From contig JAQOWU010000003.1 in assembly GCA_030867685.1 (NCBI GenBank), forward strand, positions 372,001-436,000: DNA of 64,000 nt, written 5' to 3'. Source of the DNA: Wickerhamiella versatilis (lineage: Eukaryota). Positions 42,633 through 53,569 of this stretch are shown here, piece by piece (position 1 is the first letter of the stretch; every line of letters starts with the position of its first letter). Made by a program: the position numbers and the translations under genes. The notes below the pieces were generated by a model that was given only the letters and a program-made list of their open reading frames with translations, was not told the DNA's origin and ran no database searches.

Positions 42633-43664
42633 TTAACTCAAGTATGCCTTCAATTTCTCATCGCATATTTCCAAATAACGGCGTGAAAGATCCATCTCTC
42701 TGCGGTGATGCTCGAATCTATCCTGAAAATGTTTGCAACTAGCTTGCAGATAGTCTCTTATGGACTCACTAGATGCACTTGCCAAATAACTCAAAATCTT
42801 AAGCGAATAGTCTTTCTTCAATGAGCTATCAAGGGTCGAGTCATTATTTCCAACTCTCTCAGATAAAAATTTTTCAGATAAGTTTTGAATATTATTCTCG
42901 ACCACCGAGACAGATTCGGGCAATTGTTTGCAGGGAATGCTAGACTGTGGTGAATTAGCAGAGATATCTGGCTGTGGGTCGAATTTTTCCATTGATGCTC
43001 GCAATTCTGGACCGCCAGGGCCGTAAGAGGGGACCACTGAAGAATTAGAGGACTGCTGATTCAAGATATATCCATGAGAACTAGGCATCTCTTGAGGTTT
43101 GGGCTGGAAAGAAGTGGTTCTACGTGTAGCAGATTGTGATTGAAGGGACTCCAACGAAGGACAGTCAGTATCTTGGCCTCCGCCTGGACCATAGGTTCCA
43201 GGTTTGGATAGGTGTATATCATTGCCATGATAGCATATCACGTGTCTCGAGTCCTGAAGTCGACGAGACATAGATAGCTTTTGACCTCGGCGTCCACTAC
43301 CGTAGGCACGTATACGACGATCCAACCGTATATTCTTACGGTGGAATATCTTTGCCTCACGGTTTTTACCCTTAAATAGACTGAAAATGTTTGGTGATAC
43401 GTTGCAATTCATTTTACAGTCGCATCCGACAAACGGCTTTACTTTGTTAGTTCGAAAATAGACATCTTTAAATGGTGAAGAGGAATCCAACATATGATGC
43501 TGCTTGAGGTGCATGGCCTCCCTGGCCTCTATATTTAGGGGTGAAGAGGCTGCTGGGTTAGACTGCTCCTCATGATTAGACTTCAAAGCTGCTGTTGATT
43601 CATTAGCAGATTGAGTAGCTAAAGGCGCTGCATTACGTCGATAGCCTCTGGTAAACCCAGGCAT
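42633..43664 (-). CDS. Hypothetical protein (low complexity, S/Q/P-rich, C-terminal helical segment)
   Basis: 343-codon ATG-initiated ORF with no family that I recognise. Confidence 0.55.
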   Translation of the reverse strand: MPGFTRGYRRNAAPLATQSANESTAALKSNHEEQSNPAASSPLNIEAREAMHLKQHHMLDSSSPFKDVYFRTNKVKPFVGCDCKMNCNVSPNIFSLFKGKNREAKIFHRKNIRLDRRIRAYGSGRRGQKLSMSRRLQDSRHVICYHGNDIHLSKPGTYGPGGGQDTDCPSLESLQSQSATRRTTSFQPKPQEMPSSHGYILNQQSSNSSVVPSYGPGGPELRASMEKFDPQPDISANSPQSSIPCKQLPESVSVVENNIQNLSEKFLSERVGNNDSTLDSSLKKDYSLKILSYLASASSESIRDYLQASCKHFQDRFEHHRREMDLSRRYLEICDEKLKAYLS

Positions 43665-45440
43665 TTGTAACCAGATGTATAGATTGGCTAGTTGGAAACG
43701 TGGAGTGCAGCGGCGATTTTTTTGAGCTGCTGGTGGGTTTCACGCCAGGGTTACTAAGCAGATGCTTCCAGATATTACTATCTGCAATGGTAATCTGCCG
43801 GTAAGCGACTGGCATAATCTGAATTTATTTTCACTTCTCATATCGAAGATATATACTGATTTACTCAACAGGGCCCTGGTGAGATCTTTGGGGGAAACGA
43901 TTACCAAACTACTTGTGAAATAAGTTACTAGAATGGTGAGTTCTCTACGAGTAATCCACATATGGCACACTTTTTCTCTCTTTTTCTATCTATAATTGCT
44001 CATATCAGTTAAAATCTTCTCAATTTATGTAAATTTCTCCTTTATATGTGTTGGAAAAATAATGATAGCTCTTATAAAAATCCTAGGTTCAAGTCTTGTA
44101 GCATCGCTGACTTGACCGATCTCTTTTAGTAAAAATGGTTATTATTATGACCTGAAAATAGGCATAATTATTATAATCTGCCTTGATTTGGTCCATCACT
44201 CATAGATAAATGTTAGAATACGGAGCTTGACAAAAACCTTGTCATTGCAGCGGCCTTTCCAACTATTTTTTTTGCATTGTATACCATAAGACTTGGGAAA
44301 AGTATAGATAGGGTCGCTGTCTCATGTGTGGATTATATGTGGTGATGTATACAACTTACATTGCCACCCACCACTCTACGAGAATTGACAATATACAGTG
44401 GACTGCTTGTTTTCCAACGTTTCAGTCAACACACAGCCTTGAAGTTTTATAGCAGTGGGCAAGATATTCCTACAATTCACTGCGGCAATTTATTGGAAAA
44501 ATATCAGGAGGCAACGGATGCTTCTTCTGCTTTACTAGAAAATTCTTCCCTTCTTTCATCTAGTCATATCAAAATGTAATATTTTTGGTTGCAAACAACT
44601 TTTTTCAGATAGTCAGACGCAGTTCAGACGAGAACTTCTTTGGTGCCACCAAAAAAATACACTCAATGCAGTTCCACAAAGAAGGAAATAAATCTATTCT
44701 TCAGCCATGCCCCATCATCAGCTTGTCAGAAAAATATTGAGAAATAATGAAGTCACTTTGAAAGACACTGGTATAGGGATAGAGGTGAGATACTGATTTT
44801 AATGGCAGTTGACTGAAGAGCGATTGGGTATACATATCAGTTAGAATGAATAAAAAAACTTAATCAAAGTAAATTACATTTAGAAACTCTTTACAGGATC
44901 AACCAAGCAAAGTTGGTCTATTTTTACATCTACGTTGAAGAAAGATCGGCATATGCAGCCGACGACACCGATCGGCGTCTTATGTAATGACATCCGCTGC
45001 ATGAAATGCCGAAAGAGTAGATGATATGTACTAGGTTCCCAAAATAAGGATTGGCTCATATTTGCAAATTAGGATGTCTCTAATATTTTAGATAAACTTC
45101 TTTTCATGAAGAATCACTAGCATTGTTGACAAAGTATGGTAGCCCCTGAGACGTTACATCAAATTCTCTTCGTGCCTGTCTGAAGGTACATATATTACCT
45201 CTAACTTCACATATGCAAAAATATGGAGAGACATGATTCTAAGGGCTGCTCTTGTATTCCAGACTGCCTTGGCCAACTGCTGGTGGTATTTTGTTTGGTG
45301 TGCCAATTTTCATGCTGAGCCTGAAATCGAAACAAAATTTATCTTTAGTTTCCCAGGAACTTTCCTCCGTCTAATATCATATTACCTATTTTCAGCAGCA
45401 TTATATCGGTAACGGAAGAATACTGACACTCTATATTATA

Positions 45441-46943
45441 TCAAGCTTCAAATTCCTTTTCAGAATCCTTGTCATCTAAACAGTGAGTCCTGCCTCGCTT
45501 GAATCGCTTTATATAAGGCATAAGAAGAAGTATAGTTGCAGTTGCCACAGCAAGGGAGGATGATCCAATAGAAAAATACATTTGCCCACGCCATGCTTCG
45601 AGATCCGATTTTCCACGAAGACTCAGCTGCTTTTCCACATTTCCACCAATACCTAACCACAATGATATACCATAGTTGATAGCGGTATTCACGAGGGAGC
45701 CTGCTAGTCCCTGAAGGTTAGGGGGTAGAGTATCGCTCATTAAAATGCTTGCTGCAGGAAAACTCCAATCCATGCCAAACGGTGCTAGAATAAAGACACC
45801 GAAACTAGACCGCCAGAACATTTCATCTACTTTGAGTGTTGCAATTATGATATCACTTCCGAGAAACGCCAGTGTTGCAAATAATAATATTAAGCGGATC
45901 GGGAACCCATGTGAAATGAGAAGCCCACAAATTAATGCAGCACAAGCACCCGCCGGGATCGCAGGAGTAACCGCAGCACCTTGTGCTACCGGGATATATC
46001 CACGAAACCTACCTAAAAATGTTACGAAAGAATATATTTTGATCCCAAATGATCCCCATGCGGCAAACATACACAGTAGAGCCAATAGAAGTTGGCTGCT
46101 ATGAAGTACTTCCGGTGGCAACAGTGGCTGCTGGGCATAGGTCAATTCCCAATATATGAATACGGGAAATAAAAGAAAGCCGACTATTAGGAGAACAATA
46201 ATATAAGGAGAGTCCCATCCGGCAACTGGAGCTTGATTCCAGGCGAAATTGAATAATGTTAATGCAGTGACTCCTAAAATGCTTCCAATCCAGTCAACTT
46301 TATTTGTACTATGCGGGGGCACATGAGGAACTGCCACGATAGCGAGGATGAGAATTGCAGCGATAAATATAGTCAAAGCATAATATGCCCAATCCCACCT
46401 ATCGGTTTTTGTCCCAACTATACCACTGAATAACGTTCCCATGGCACCTCCAAACGGTGCACATAGGCCAACAAATGAAAATATCATATTCTTCCTGGGT
46501 GTGCGTGGCGTATATACTCTTCCAAGAGCACCCATCATATTAGGTACCACAAATGCTAGTCCGCAGCCTTGAAATGTGCGGCATACGATGAAAAAGTCCG
46601 AATTGACGTAGTAGCTTATCCCAGAAAGAAGTGTCCAAATTAAAGACCATGCGTAACCCCCTACAATGCTTTCCTTGAGACCATATTTATCGCCAATAGA
46701 CCCGCTAGGGAGAATCAATGTTCCAATGCCTAACCCCACACTGGCCATAAACCAAGGAGATGCATCCTGAGAAGTATCAAAACTGTTTTGAAGAATAGAA
46801 AGAAGAGGAAGGGCATTGGTACTTGCGGACTGAACAACTAATTGGCTCATCATTGCGCTGGCAATAAATCCATACTCCAGCCAAGGATGCGAAGCAAAAT
46901 AGCTCGGATCTGTGAAGCGAGGTAGCCTTTCGACGTCCGTCAT
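45441..46943 (-). CDS. MFS drug:H+ antiporter, DHA2 family (ATR1-like)
   Basis: GT.IL.SG.IGD.YG.K, RKNM.FS..G..AP.G, W.WAYY, LFNFAWNQAP..GW..PY and QG.AGSLVNT..NY, with about 14 TM segments. Confidence 0.9.
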   Translation of the reverse strand: MTDVERLPRFTDPSYFASHPWLEYGFIASAMMSQLVVQSASTNALPLLSILQNSFDTSQDASPWFMASVGLGIGTLILPSGSIGDKYGLKESIVGGYAWSLIWTLLSGISYYVNSDFFIVCRTFQGCGLAFVVPNMMGALGRVYTPRTPRKNMIFSFVGLCAPFGGAMGTLFSGIVGTKTDRWDWAYYALTIFIAAILILAIVAVPHVPPHSTNKVDWIGSILGVTALTLFNFAWNQAPVAGWDSPYIIVLLIVGFLLFPVFIYWELTYAQQPLLPPEVLHSSQLLLALLCMFAAWGSFGIKIYSFVTFLGRFRGYIPVAQGAAVTPAIPAGACAALICGLLISHGFPIRLILLFATLAFLGSDIIIATLKVDEMFWRSSFGVFILAPFGMDWSFPAASILMSDTLPPNLQGLAGSLVNTAINYGISLWLGIGGNVEKQLSLRGKSDLEAWRGQMYFSIGSSSLAVATATILLLMPYIKRFKRGRTHCLDDKDSEKEFEA

Positions 46944-47234
46944 CGTACTTCAAGCACCACCGTCCTTTGCAGGAAAATCAAGAACCGGTTTGTTTGTAAG
47001 CACCACCGGCCGCTGGATATGTAAGTAGTCAGTTTAACCTATGTATCTGCTGATATATATATTCATAATCATTTACTTGAACACTTCCTGGGCTTAGGGT
47101 TTTGACAGCGAAACAACCATTTAAAACTCCAATTAGTTATTCTGCTCTACATTCACGAATTCAATCAAGCATATAGTGCTTCAAGTGTCGCATAATTGTT
47201 TCTGAGAGGAATTCTTATCTCGGCCCTTGTCCAG

Positions 47235-49283
47235 ATGTGTCATCAAGAGGAATCCTGGCAGATGGGCGATCTTCTAGACGCTCCGATAGCGAAAGTTCAG
47301 ACTGCATTAAGTCGCGGTGACCTTACTAGTGTAGATTTGGTAGAATCATATCTCAGAAGAATTGCGTTTTATGATACAGATGGCCCGAAGTTAAGTGCCG
47401 TGCCAATTCTGAACGAGCATGTTTTCGAGGAAGCACTGGAGTCTGACAAAAGGCGACACTCAAATGGACCCCTCTCTTCCCTGGAAGGAATTCCGTTCCT
47501 AGTAAAGGATAATATTAAGGTGAAAGGGATGAAGCAGTCAAGTGGATCGCCCGCATTTGAGCACCTAGTTGCTAGTAGTGATGCAGCTTGCGTCAGTTCT
47601 TTGCGTAAAGCAGGGGCCATTGTCCTTGGCCGTACAAACATGCCACCTGTAGCTTATGGTGGTATGCAGCGTGGTATATGGGGTAGGGCGGAAAGCCCCT
47701 ACAATAAGGATTTTTTGGCGGCTGCCTATGTCTCCGGCTCCAGCAATGGATCCGCAGTGGCGACAGCCGCCAATATGTGTTCGTTTTCTCTTGGATCTGA
47801 GACAGTGTCATCGGGACGTTCACCAGCTTCTAATAACTCTATCGTCGCATACACGCCATCACGAGGATGGCTTCCTGTTCAGGGAGTATTCCCTCTATAT
47901 CCAACTTGCGATGTATTGACTCCACACACACGATATGTCCAAGATATGTACGAGGTACTTAATGTACTTAGTAGCTGTACAACCCAATCTGGAGACTTCT
48001 GGCGTGCTCAGCCGTTCATACAATTGCCTCCTACACCACATTTTAATCAAGCACCAAATCGCAATTCTCTGAAAGGGAAGCGTATTGGAGTTCCAGGCAT
48101 GTATGTCGGCTCCAATATAGCAAGCCTCAGCCCTTTTAGTAGGGTAACTACACGTCAATCTATTATAGCTCTCTGGCACGAGGCAAAACTTTCATTGGAA
48201 CGGTGTGGAGCTACTGTTGTCGAAACGGATGATTTCCCACTTGTGACAGTATATGAATCCCAAACTGCCCAGGGTAGGCTCGTTACAGTCGATGATCTCC
48301 CAGATGGTTGGGCGGCAGTCGAACGTTGTGAACTGGTAGCACATGCTTGGGATGACTTTCTAAAGGAGAATGACCAGCAAGGATTGAGCTCAATATCTGA
48401 TGTTGATCCAAAAAGCATTTTCCCTCTCGCACCTGGATCGCTTCCGGGGCCTATGGAGAATGCTAATCAGCTAAAGTGGGATGAAATAGTCGATTATCCA
48501 ACCTCTGGAAATATGCCTCCGTCAATATACCATATTAACGGTATTGATGAAGCCTTACCTGCATTGGAAAAGGCCAGAAAGAAGACCTTCGAGGATTGGA
48601 TGGATCAGCATAACTTTGATATAGTTGTGTTTCCGGCAAACGCTGATATCGGCGCAGCAGATGCAGATACCGACATTGAGTCTTCTAGATTCGCCTGGAA
48701 AAATGGTGTTAAGTACAGCAATGGAAATAGGCCAGTTCGTCATTTAGGAGTGCCCACAGTCTCTGTTCCAATGGGATTGACGGCTGACGTTGGCATGCCG
48801 ACCAACTTAACTTTTCTAGGCAAAGCCTATTCTGATGAGAATCTTCTAAACTATGCTTATGCTTTCGAATCTGAGAGATCGGGTAGAAAGCTTCCTGTAC
48901 TCACGCCTCCTTTAGCGTCAGATACACTTGTTCGTGACGCGCCCAGTTCTAGTAAAGTGATGACCTCAAGCTGGGACTCAACTGAAATTGTTGTTGAAAA
49001 AAGTGAAAAATTTGTTGATGGGGACACTGTCAAAATTAATGTTGAGGGCTACCTCGTCGGCGGTGGTGGCACTGGCATGAGAGCATATGTCAATGGATGT
49101 CGAGTTGAGGTGGATACCGAGGGTGGGACTAAACCGAGTTGGAAATTTTCTTTGACTTATCCCAGATCATTCCGCGAGAGTCCTTGGAAGCATTGGGAGA
49201 CCCCCACCTTAAGGCAGGTTATTATAACGGTTACAGCAGGCCAAGCTAATGGCTTACGGGTTGGCAAATTTTTGATACTTTAG
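47235..49283 (+). CDS. Amidase signature family enzyme with C-terminal extension
   Basis: GIPF.VKD (catalytic Lys), GRTNMPP, SGSSNGS and GSETVSSGRSPAS Ser-cisSer-Lys triad region. First ATG 47235; alternative 47262. Confidence 0.9.
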   Translation: MCHQEESWQMGDLLDAPIAKVQTALSRGDLTSVDLVESYLRRIAFYDTDGPKLSAVPILNEHVFEEALESDKRRHSNGPLSSLEGIPFLVKDNIKVKGMKQSSGSPAFEHLVASSDAACVSSLRKAGAIVLGRTNMPPVAYGGMQRGIWGRAESPYNKDFLAAAYVSGSSNGSAVATAANMCSFSLGSETVSSGRSPASNNSIVAYTPSRGWLPVQGVFPLYPTCDVLTPHTRYVQDMYEVLNVLSSCTTQSGDFWRAQPFIQLPPTPHFNQAPNRNSLKGKRIGVPGMYVGSNIASLSPFSRVTTRQSIIALWHEAKLSLERCGATVVETDDFPLVTVYESQTAQGRLVTVDDLPDGWAAVERCELVAHAWDDFLKENDQQGLSSISDVDPKSIFPLAPGSLPGPMENANQLKWDEIVDYPTSGNMPPSIYHINGIDEALPALEKARKKTFEDWMDQHNFDIVVFPANADIGAADADTDIESSRFAWKNGVKYSNGNRPVRHLGVPTVSVPMGLTADVGMPTNLTFLGKAYSDENLLNYAYAFESERSGRKLPVLTPPLASDTLVRDAPSSSKVMTSSWDSTEIVVEKSEKFVDGDTVKINVEGYLVGGGGTGMRAYVNGCRVEVDTEGGTKPSWKFSLTYPRSFRESPWKHWETPTLRQVIITVTAGQANGLRVGKFLIL

Positions 49284-50265
49284 TTGTCATCCTATGCATG
49301 AGCCAGTATAGCTAATAGTAATTCAAGCGTGGCTATACTCACATCTCTTGGTCATGTCATGAAAAGAACCAGGTCCCTGCATCGCTCTAATACAATTTCT
49401 AGGTATACGTATCATATGTTAATTTCGAAAGGTTGCGATATCTGAAGCACGTCAACACTAGAGACCCAGTTGCAAACGAGGTCGCGTCACTTGCACTTCC
49501 ATGTTGCACAAGTGCCTTTTCACCGCGAGCACTAGATTATCGTGCCCTTCTTGACCGAACAGTATTTTTGGCTGGAATTTTTATGACATATATAGAATTA
49601 GAGAATAATAACACCTGCTACTGGCTCTTGTCAGACAGTCACGATCATAAGTTGTCTTATCGGCCTTGGCCTATTCACAGAATTCTATTATTCATCTATT
49701 TTTAGCTAATTTATAATCTCTTGTGCTTCTCGACCTCGAAATTAGCAATTTTTTTCTGTCTCCATTACTAACATAGTAGATTTTTGTACATAATTAATTA
49801 CTTTCGTATATGATGTTTCATGTGACAACGGCATATGTTCATCTAAAGTTGTTTAACTTGTTCTTATGGGCTCAGATATTTGAGTAAATATGTATATATA
49901 TGACTATTTGAGTTCACTAGTTCATAAAGTGTTGAAGAGATCTGCCCCTTCTATTATATATGACGTCATGCATGTAACTTCCCGGAAGGCCGACTCATAA
50001 AATTGAAAAAGCTTAACGCGACATCAATCGTCAAGAGAATACAACTAAAAAAATAAAAAAATAGCTTTGAACCATAAATATTCTGCAATCGAGAATTCAT
50101 TTCAGTTAAGGAGTGATGCACGGCTAAAGGTTCACATCTAATTACTAACCAACTCACCCCTTTGTTCCTACCAGCCGTCATTGGCCGTATCAGGGAAGCG
50201 GAATCGCCAAGTAAAGAGGATTCACAGGTTGTATACAGCATATACAGTATACAGTGAGGCTATAA

Positions 50266-51129
50266 ATGCATCTACTCTTTTTCTTGTTGCAAACCGCAAC
50301 ATTTTTTTTCGTGCAGCCCGTGTTTGGCAGTAAGTATGTTGCTCTCGGTGATTCTTACGGTGCAGACCCAGGCATTGGAAAGATCCGCAAGGATTGGCCC
50401 GGTGGATGCATGCAGTCCAGCAAGAGTTTCCCTCGGCGTTTGCAGAAAAAGCTGAAGTTCGATAATTTCACTGATATGACTTGCTCCGGGGCTACCCTTC
50501 AAAATGTACTCCAAGGGGGTCAGCTTGGCTTGGGTCCACAGATAGATGCTCTTACCGAGGACACAAACCTAGTGACGGTCATTGCTGGTGTCAATGATGT
50601 ATATTTTAATTTGGACTTGCAGCATATCAATACCCAGAAACCTCATTCGCCGCGGCCATGGGACACTCTGGAGTCACGGCTTGAAAAGCTACTTAATATA
50701 ATTGATGAAAAATCCCCAAAGGCGCATGTTTTTGTGCTTAATTATTTGACGTTGCTTCCATCTAATGATTCAACGTGCAGTGAGTTGGGACTCAACGAGA
50801 CGACGCTTCGTGATATGTTTCCCTCACAGGAAAACGTGAGTACAGTCATAAAGCATGTCGTTAGCAATAGTAATGCTACGTATGTCGACGTCGCTGATAA
50901 ATCTCGCGATCATACATCTTGTAGTAAAAATCCGTACACTTCAGGAATGAATGGTCATCCGACACCTTGGCATCCAACTGACAAGGGAGTTCAATTCATG
51001 GCTGATCAGCTAGAAACTCTCTGGAAGAATGTGAGTGACCATGATTCCTCAAATGGCGGTGCATTATTGCAACCATCCATTGTTGCATATATTCTGGCTT
51101 TTACTTTCCTTTTCCTTCAAGTTAATTAA
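50266..51129 (+). CDS. Secreted, probably GPI-anchored SGNH/GDSL lipase-esterase
   Basis: Signal peptide, YVALGDSY (block I), TCSGAT, AGVND (block III) and WHP (block V). C-terminal SSNGG plus a hydrophobic tail. Confidence 0.85.
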   Translation: MHLLFFLLQTATFFFVQPVFGSKYVALGDSYGADPGIGKIRKDWPGGCMQSSKSFPRRLQKKLKFDNFTDMTCSGATLQNVLQGGQLGLGPQIDALTEDTNLVTVIAGVNDVYFNLDLQHINTQKPHSPRPWDTLESRLEKLLNIIDEKSPKAHVFVLNYLTLLPSNDSTCSELGLNETTLRDMFPSQENVSTVIKHVVSNSNATYVDVADKSRDHTSCSKNPYTSGMNGHPTPWHPTDKGVQFMADQLETLWKNVSDHDSSNGGALLQPSIVAYILAFTFLFLQVN

Positions 51130-51501
51130 TACCTGTACACGACCCACCGCCCACGAGAAAATCCTTCTATGTAGCTATATAATTCCTTGTATATTACGGA
51201 TATATCTTCTAATTTGGAGTCTAAGCCAATGTACCCGAACCCACCCACGCGCGACCCCCTTCGCTAGGAAAGTCATAAGAGGCGCAGGTGCTGGTGAATC
51301 GGACCCCTTTTACGAGCCATAAATTGCACCTCCCTAGCTCTGGTTATTTATATTTTGCTGTACTTTTAAAAATTCATGCATGTCTGTCGGATCACGAAAC
51401 CAAAACACGACCTATTAAATATACTGACTAATCATTTGGGGGGGGGGCACAGTTCCAAGGGCGCAATTTTTTGTCAACGCAGAATTTAATGAAACCGTAA
51501 G

Positions 51502-53226
51502 ATGGTATTGGGGCTCTATAAACAAAGACCTTTCGTCTCGGTAGTTCTTGTATTGCTCATATCTATATGGGGAGTAATATACCTGCAAGATCTACGATTT
51601 TACAGATCTCACGAGCCTAGCATTAAAGCACCCTCTCCTCCAATCCACTTAGAGCAATACGCATGGCAGGATGAATTTAAAGATGATATTCCGCCCAAAC
51701 CTGACCATAGCATGTACCCTGGGTTCGATAATGAGGCCACCGAGGTATCATTTCCAACTGGAGAACTTCGATATAAATTTGGCACATCTGAAGTATGGAG
51801 GAGTCCTTCGCGTTATCCTTTTAGGGATAATCGTGTAGTAGAGCCAGTGGTAGGCAGCCTAGTACGTCCACTTTCGAATGATATTCTCCATCCTCTATGT
51901 AATGACATGTTTCTCATGTTCAAGACCGGTGCAGACATAATGTGGCGTAGAACCCCAGTTCACCTACACACCACACTCACAAGATTTCCTCATTTCGCAT
52001 TGTATAGCGATCGTCCCGGAATGATAGCGGGTTATGAGGTTATTGATATTTTGGCCGGTATGCCTCGAGACGTATTGAACAGCCATGAGCTAATTAAATA
52101 CCGAATTATGCACCAAATGCAAGATGAAGCGTGGATGTGGAGTGCTGAAGATATCTCAATGGCAGAGGGATGGAATATGGACCGATTCAAAAATGTTCCC
52201 ATGATGCTGCATGCCTATAAAAACGCTCCACCGAACACCAAGTGGTTCATAATGATCGATGATGACACTTACATATTATCATCTAATATCGCTAAGTATT
52301 TGAGCACTTTGGATAGCTCGCACCCTTATTACATTGGCAGTGCCGCCCAGGCGGGGTCGTACACTTTCGCCCATGGTGGATCCGGGGTGATCTTTTCGCG
52401 AGGTGCGCTTGACAAGCTTTTTGGACCTGACGCTGCGAAGCCACAGGACGAACTAATGGATGAATATGCTAGAAAGGCGCTCTATGTGAGCCCCTTTGGA
52501 GATCTTATGGCTAGCCTCATTCTTTCCGAGAAAGCAAATGTCTTCGTTAACACTAAGGACAAGAATGCAGACAAGGCCAAGCTCGATATGTTCAAACATG
52601 GTCGCGATATGTTCCAGGGTGAAACCGTATCTAGCACTTGGCTGAATGTGTATAACTGGTGCTACCCGTTGGGAACCTTCCACCACGAACGACCACAGGA
52701 GTTGGAACTGTTATGGGAATGGGAACAGACGCGAGCAAGAAATTCCGACTATCTTACATACTATGATCTGTATCGGGATTTTATTTTGCCGTATATTGCA
52801 GAAGAAGTTCCTGATTGGTTGATCCCGGGTGGAATCGTTTTGAACGCTGAAAAAACGGCGGAGACGCCTGAAATGTATAAAGGGAAACAGATTTGGCCTA
52901 ATGCAACTCAAGAACACTGTAGGCTTGCTTGTATGAGTCGTGAGGACTGCCTATCGTGGTCATTCAAATATAGCGAATGCCATGTTCACGAGAAGGGACT
53001 AATTAAAGGCGCAGCAGCTCCTATTCATGATGCTTCTGCAGATAAAGATACGTGGATCTCCGGTTTTCTTATAGATCGCATCAGAAAAATTCGCTCGAAA
53101 CAAAGGTGCGATCCTTTGAAAGAGCTGCCTCTAGGCTCATACAACGACTCGCCCGATACATCCGAGGGTTGGTATTACCGAAAACTAGAGGAGGAGGAAG
53201 ATAGGCCTCAAAGGACTCCCTACTAA
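51502..53226 (+). CDS. Fringe-like GT31 glycosyltransferase (tandem copy 1)
   Basis: TM anchor, FKTGA, MDRFKN.PM, WFIMIDDDTY, FAHGGSG and Cys-rich C-terminus. Confidence 0.9.
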   Translation: MVLGLYKQRPFVSVVLVLLISIWGVIYLQDLRFYRSHEPSIKAPSPPIHLEQYAWQDEFKDDIPPKPDHSMYPGFDNEATEVSFPTGELRYKFGTSEVWRSPSRYPFRDNRVVEPVVGSLVRPLSNDILHPLCNDMFLMFKTGADIMWRRTPVHLHTTLTRFPHFALYSDRPGMIAGYEVIDILAGMPRDVLNSHELIKYRIMHQMQDEAWMWSAEDISMAEGWNMDRFKNVPMMLHAYKNAPPNTKWFIMIDDDTYILSSNIAKYLSTLDSSHPYYIGSAAQAGSYTFAHGGSGVIFSRGALDKLFGPDAAKPQDELMDEYARKALYVSPFGDLMASLILSEKANVFVNTKDKNADKAKLDMFKHGRDMFQGETVSSTWLNVYNWCYPLGTFHHERPQELELLWEWEQTRARNSDYLTYYDLYRDFILPYIAEEVPDWLIPGGIVLNAEKTAETPEMYKGKQIWPNATQEHCRLACMSREDCLSWSFKYSECHVHEKGLIKGAAAPIHDASADKDTWISGFLIDRIRKIRSKQRCDPLKELPLGSYNDSPDTSEGWYYRKLEEEEDRPQRTPY

Positions 53227-53569
53227 GTTATTCCTTGCATTGTCTAAATGCCTAGTATCTGGGTATAAAAAATCAATCATTATTTTACTACAAGGAAATA
53301 AGATAGCATAATATTAAATTTATACATCTCGACATTATTTTTACTGTTGTGATCGTAAGTAGATAATATGAACTTAAAGCCGACGTAGCATGGCAGATAA
53401 ATAAGATCAAACGGTCCCCACTTTTCTTATTAAAAGTGAAACATAGCGTTGTCAGACCGGGTATCAGACCGTTTGCGAAAAACGCGGCCGCAGTTCCTGG
53501 TTTAGGGTTCTCACATTGATACTACACACGAAATTCGCTTGGTGCGGGTGGCTTCATGAGACCTCGGCC

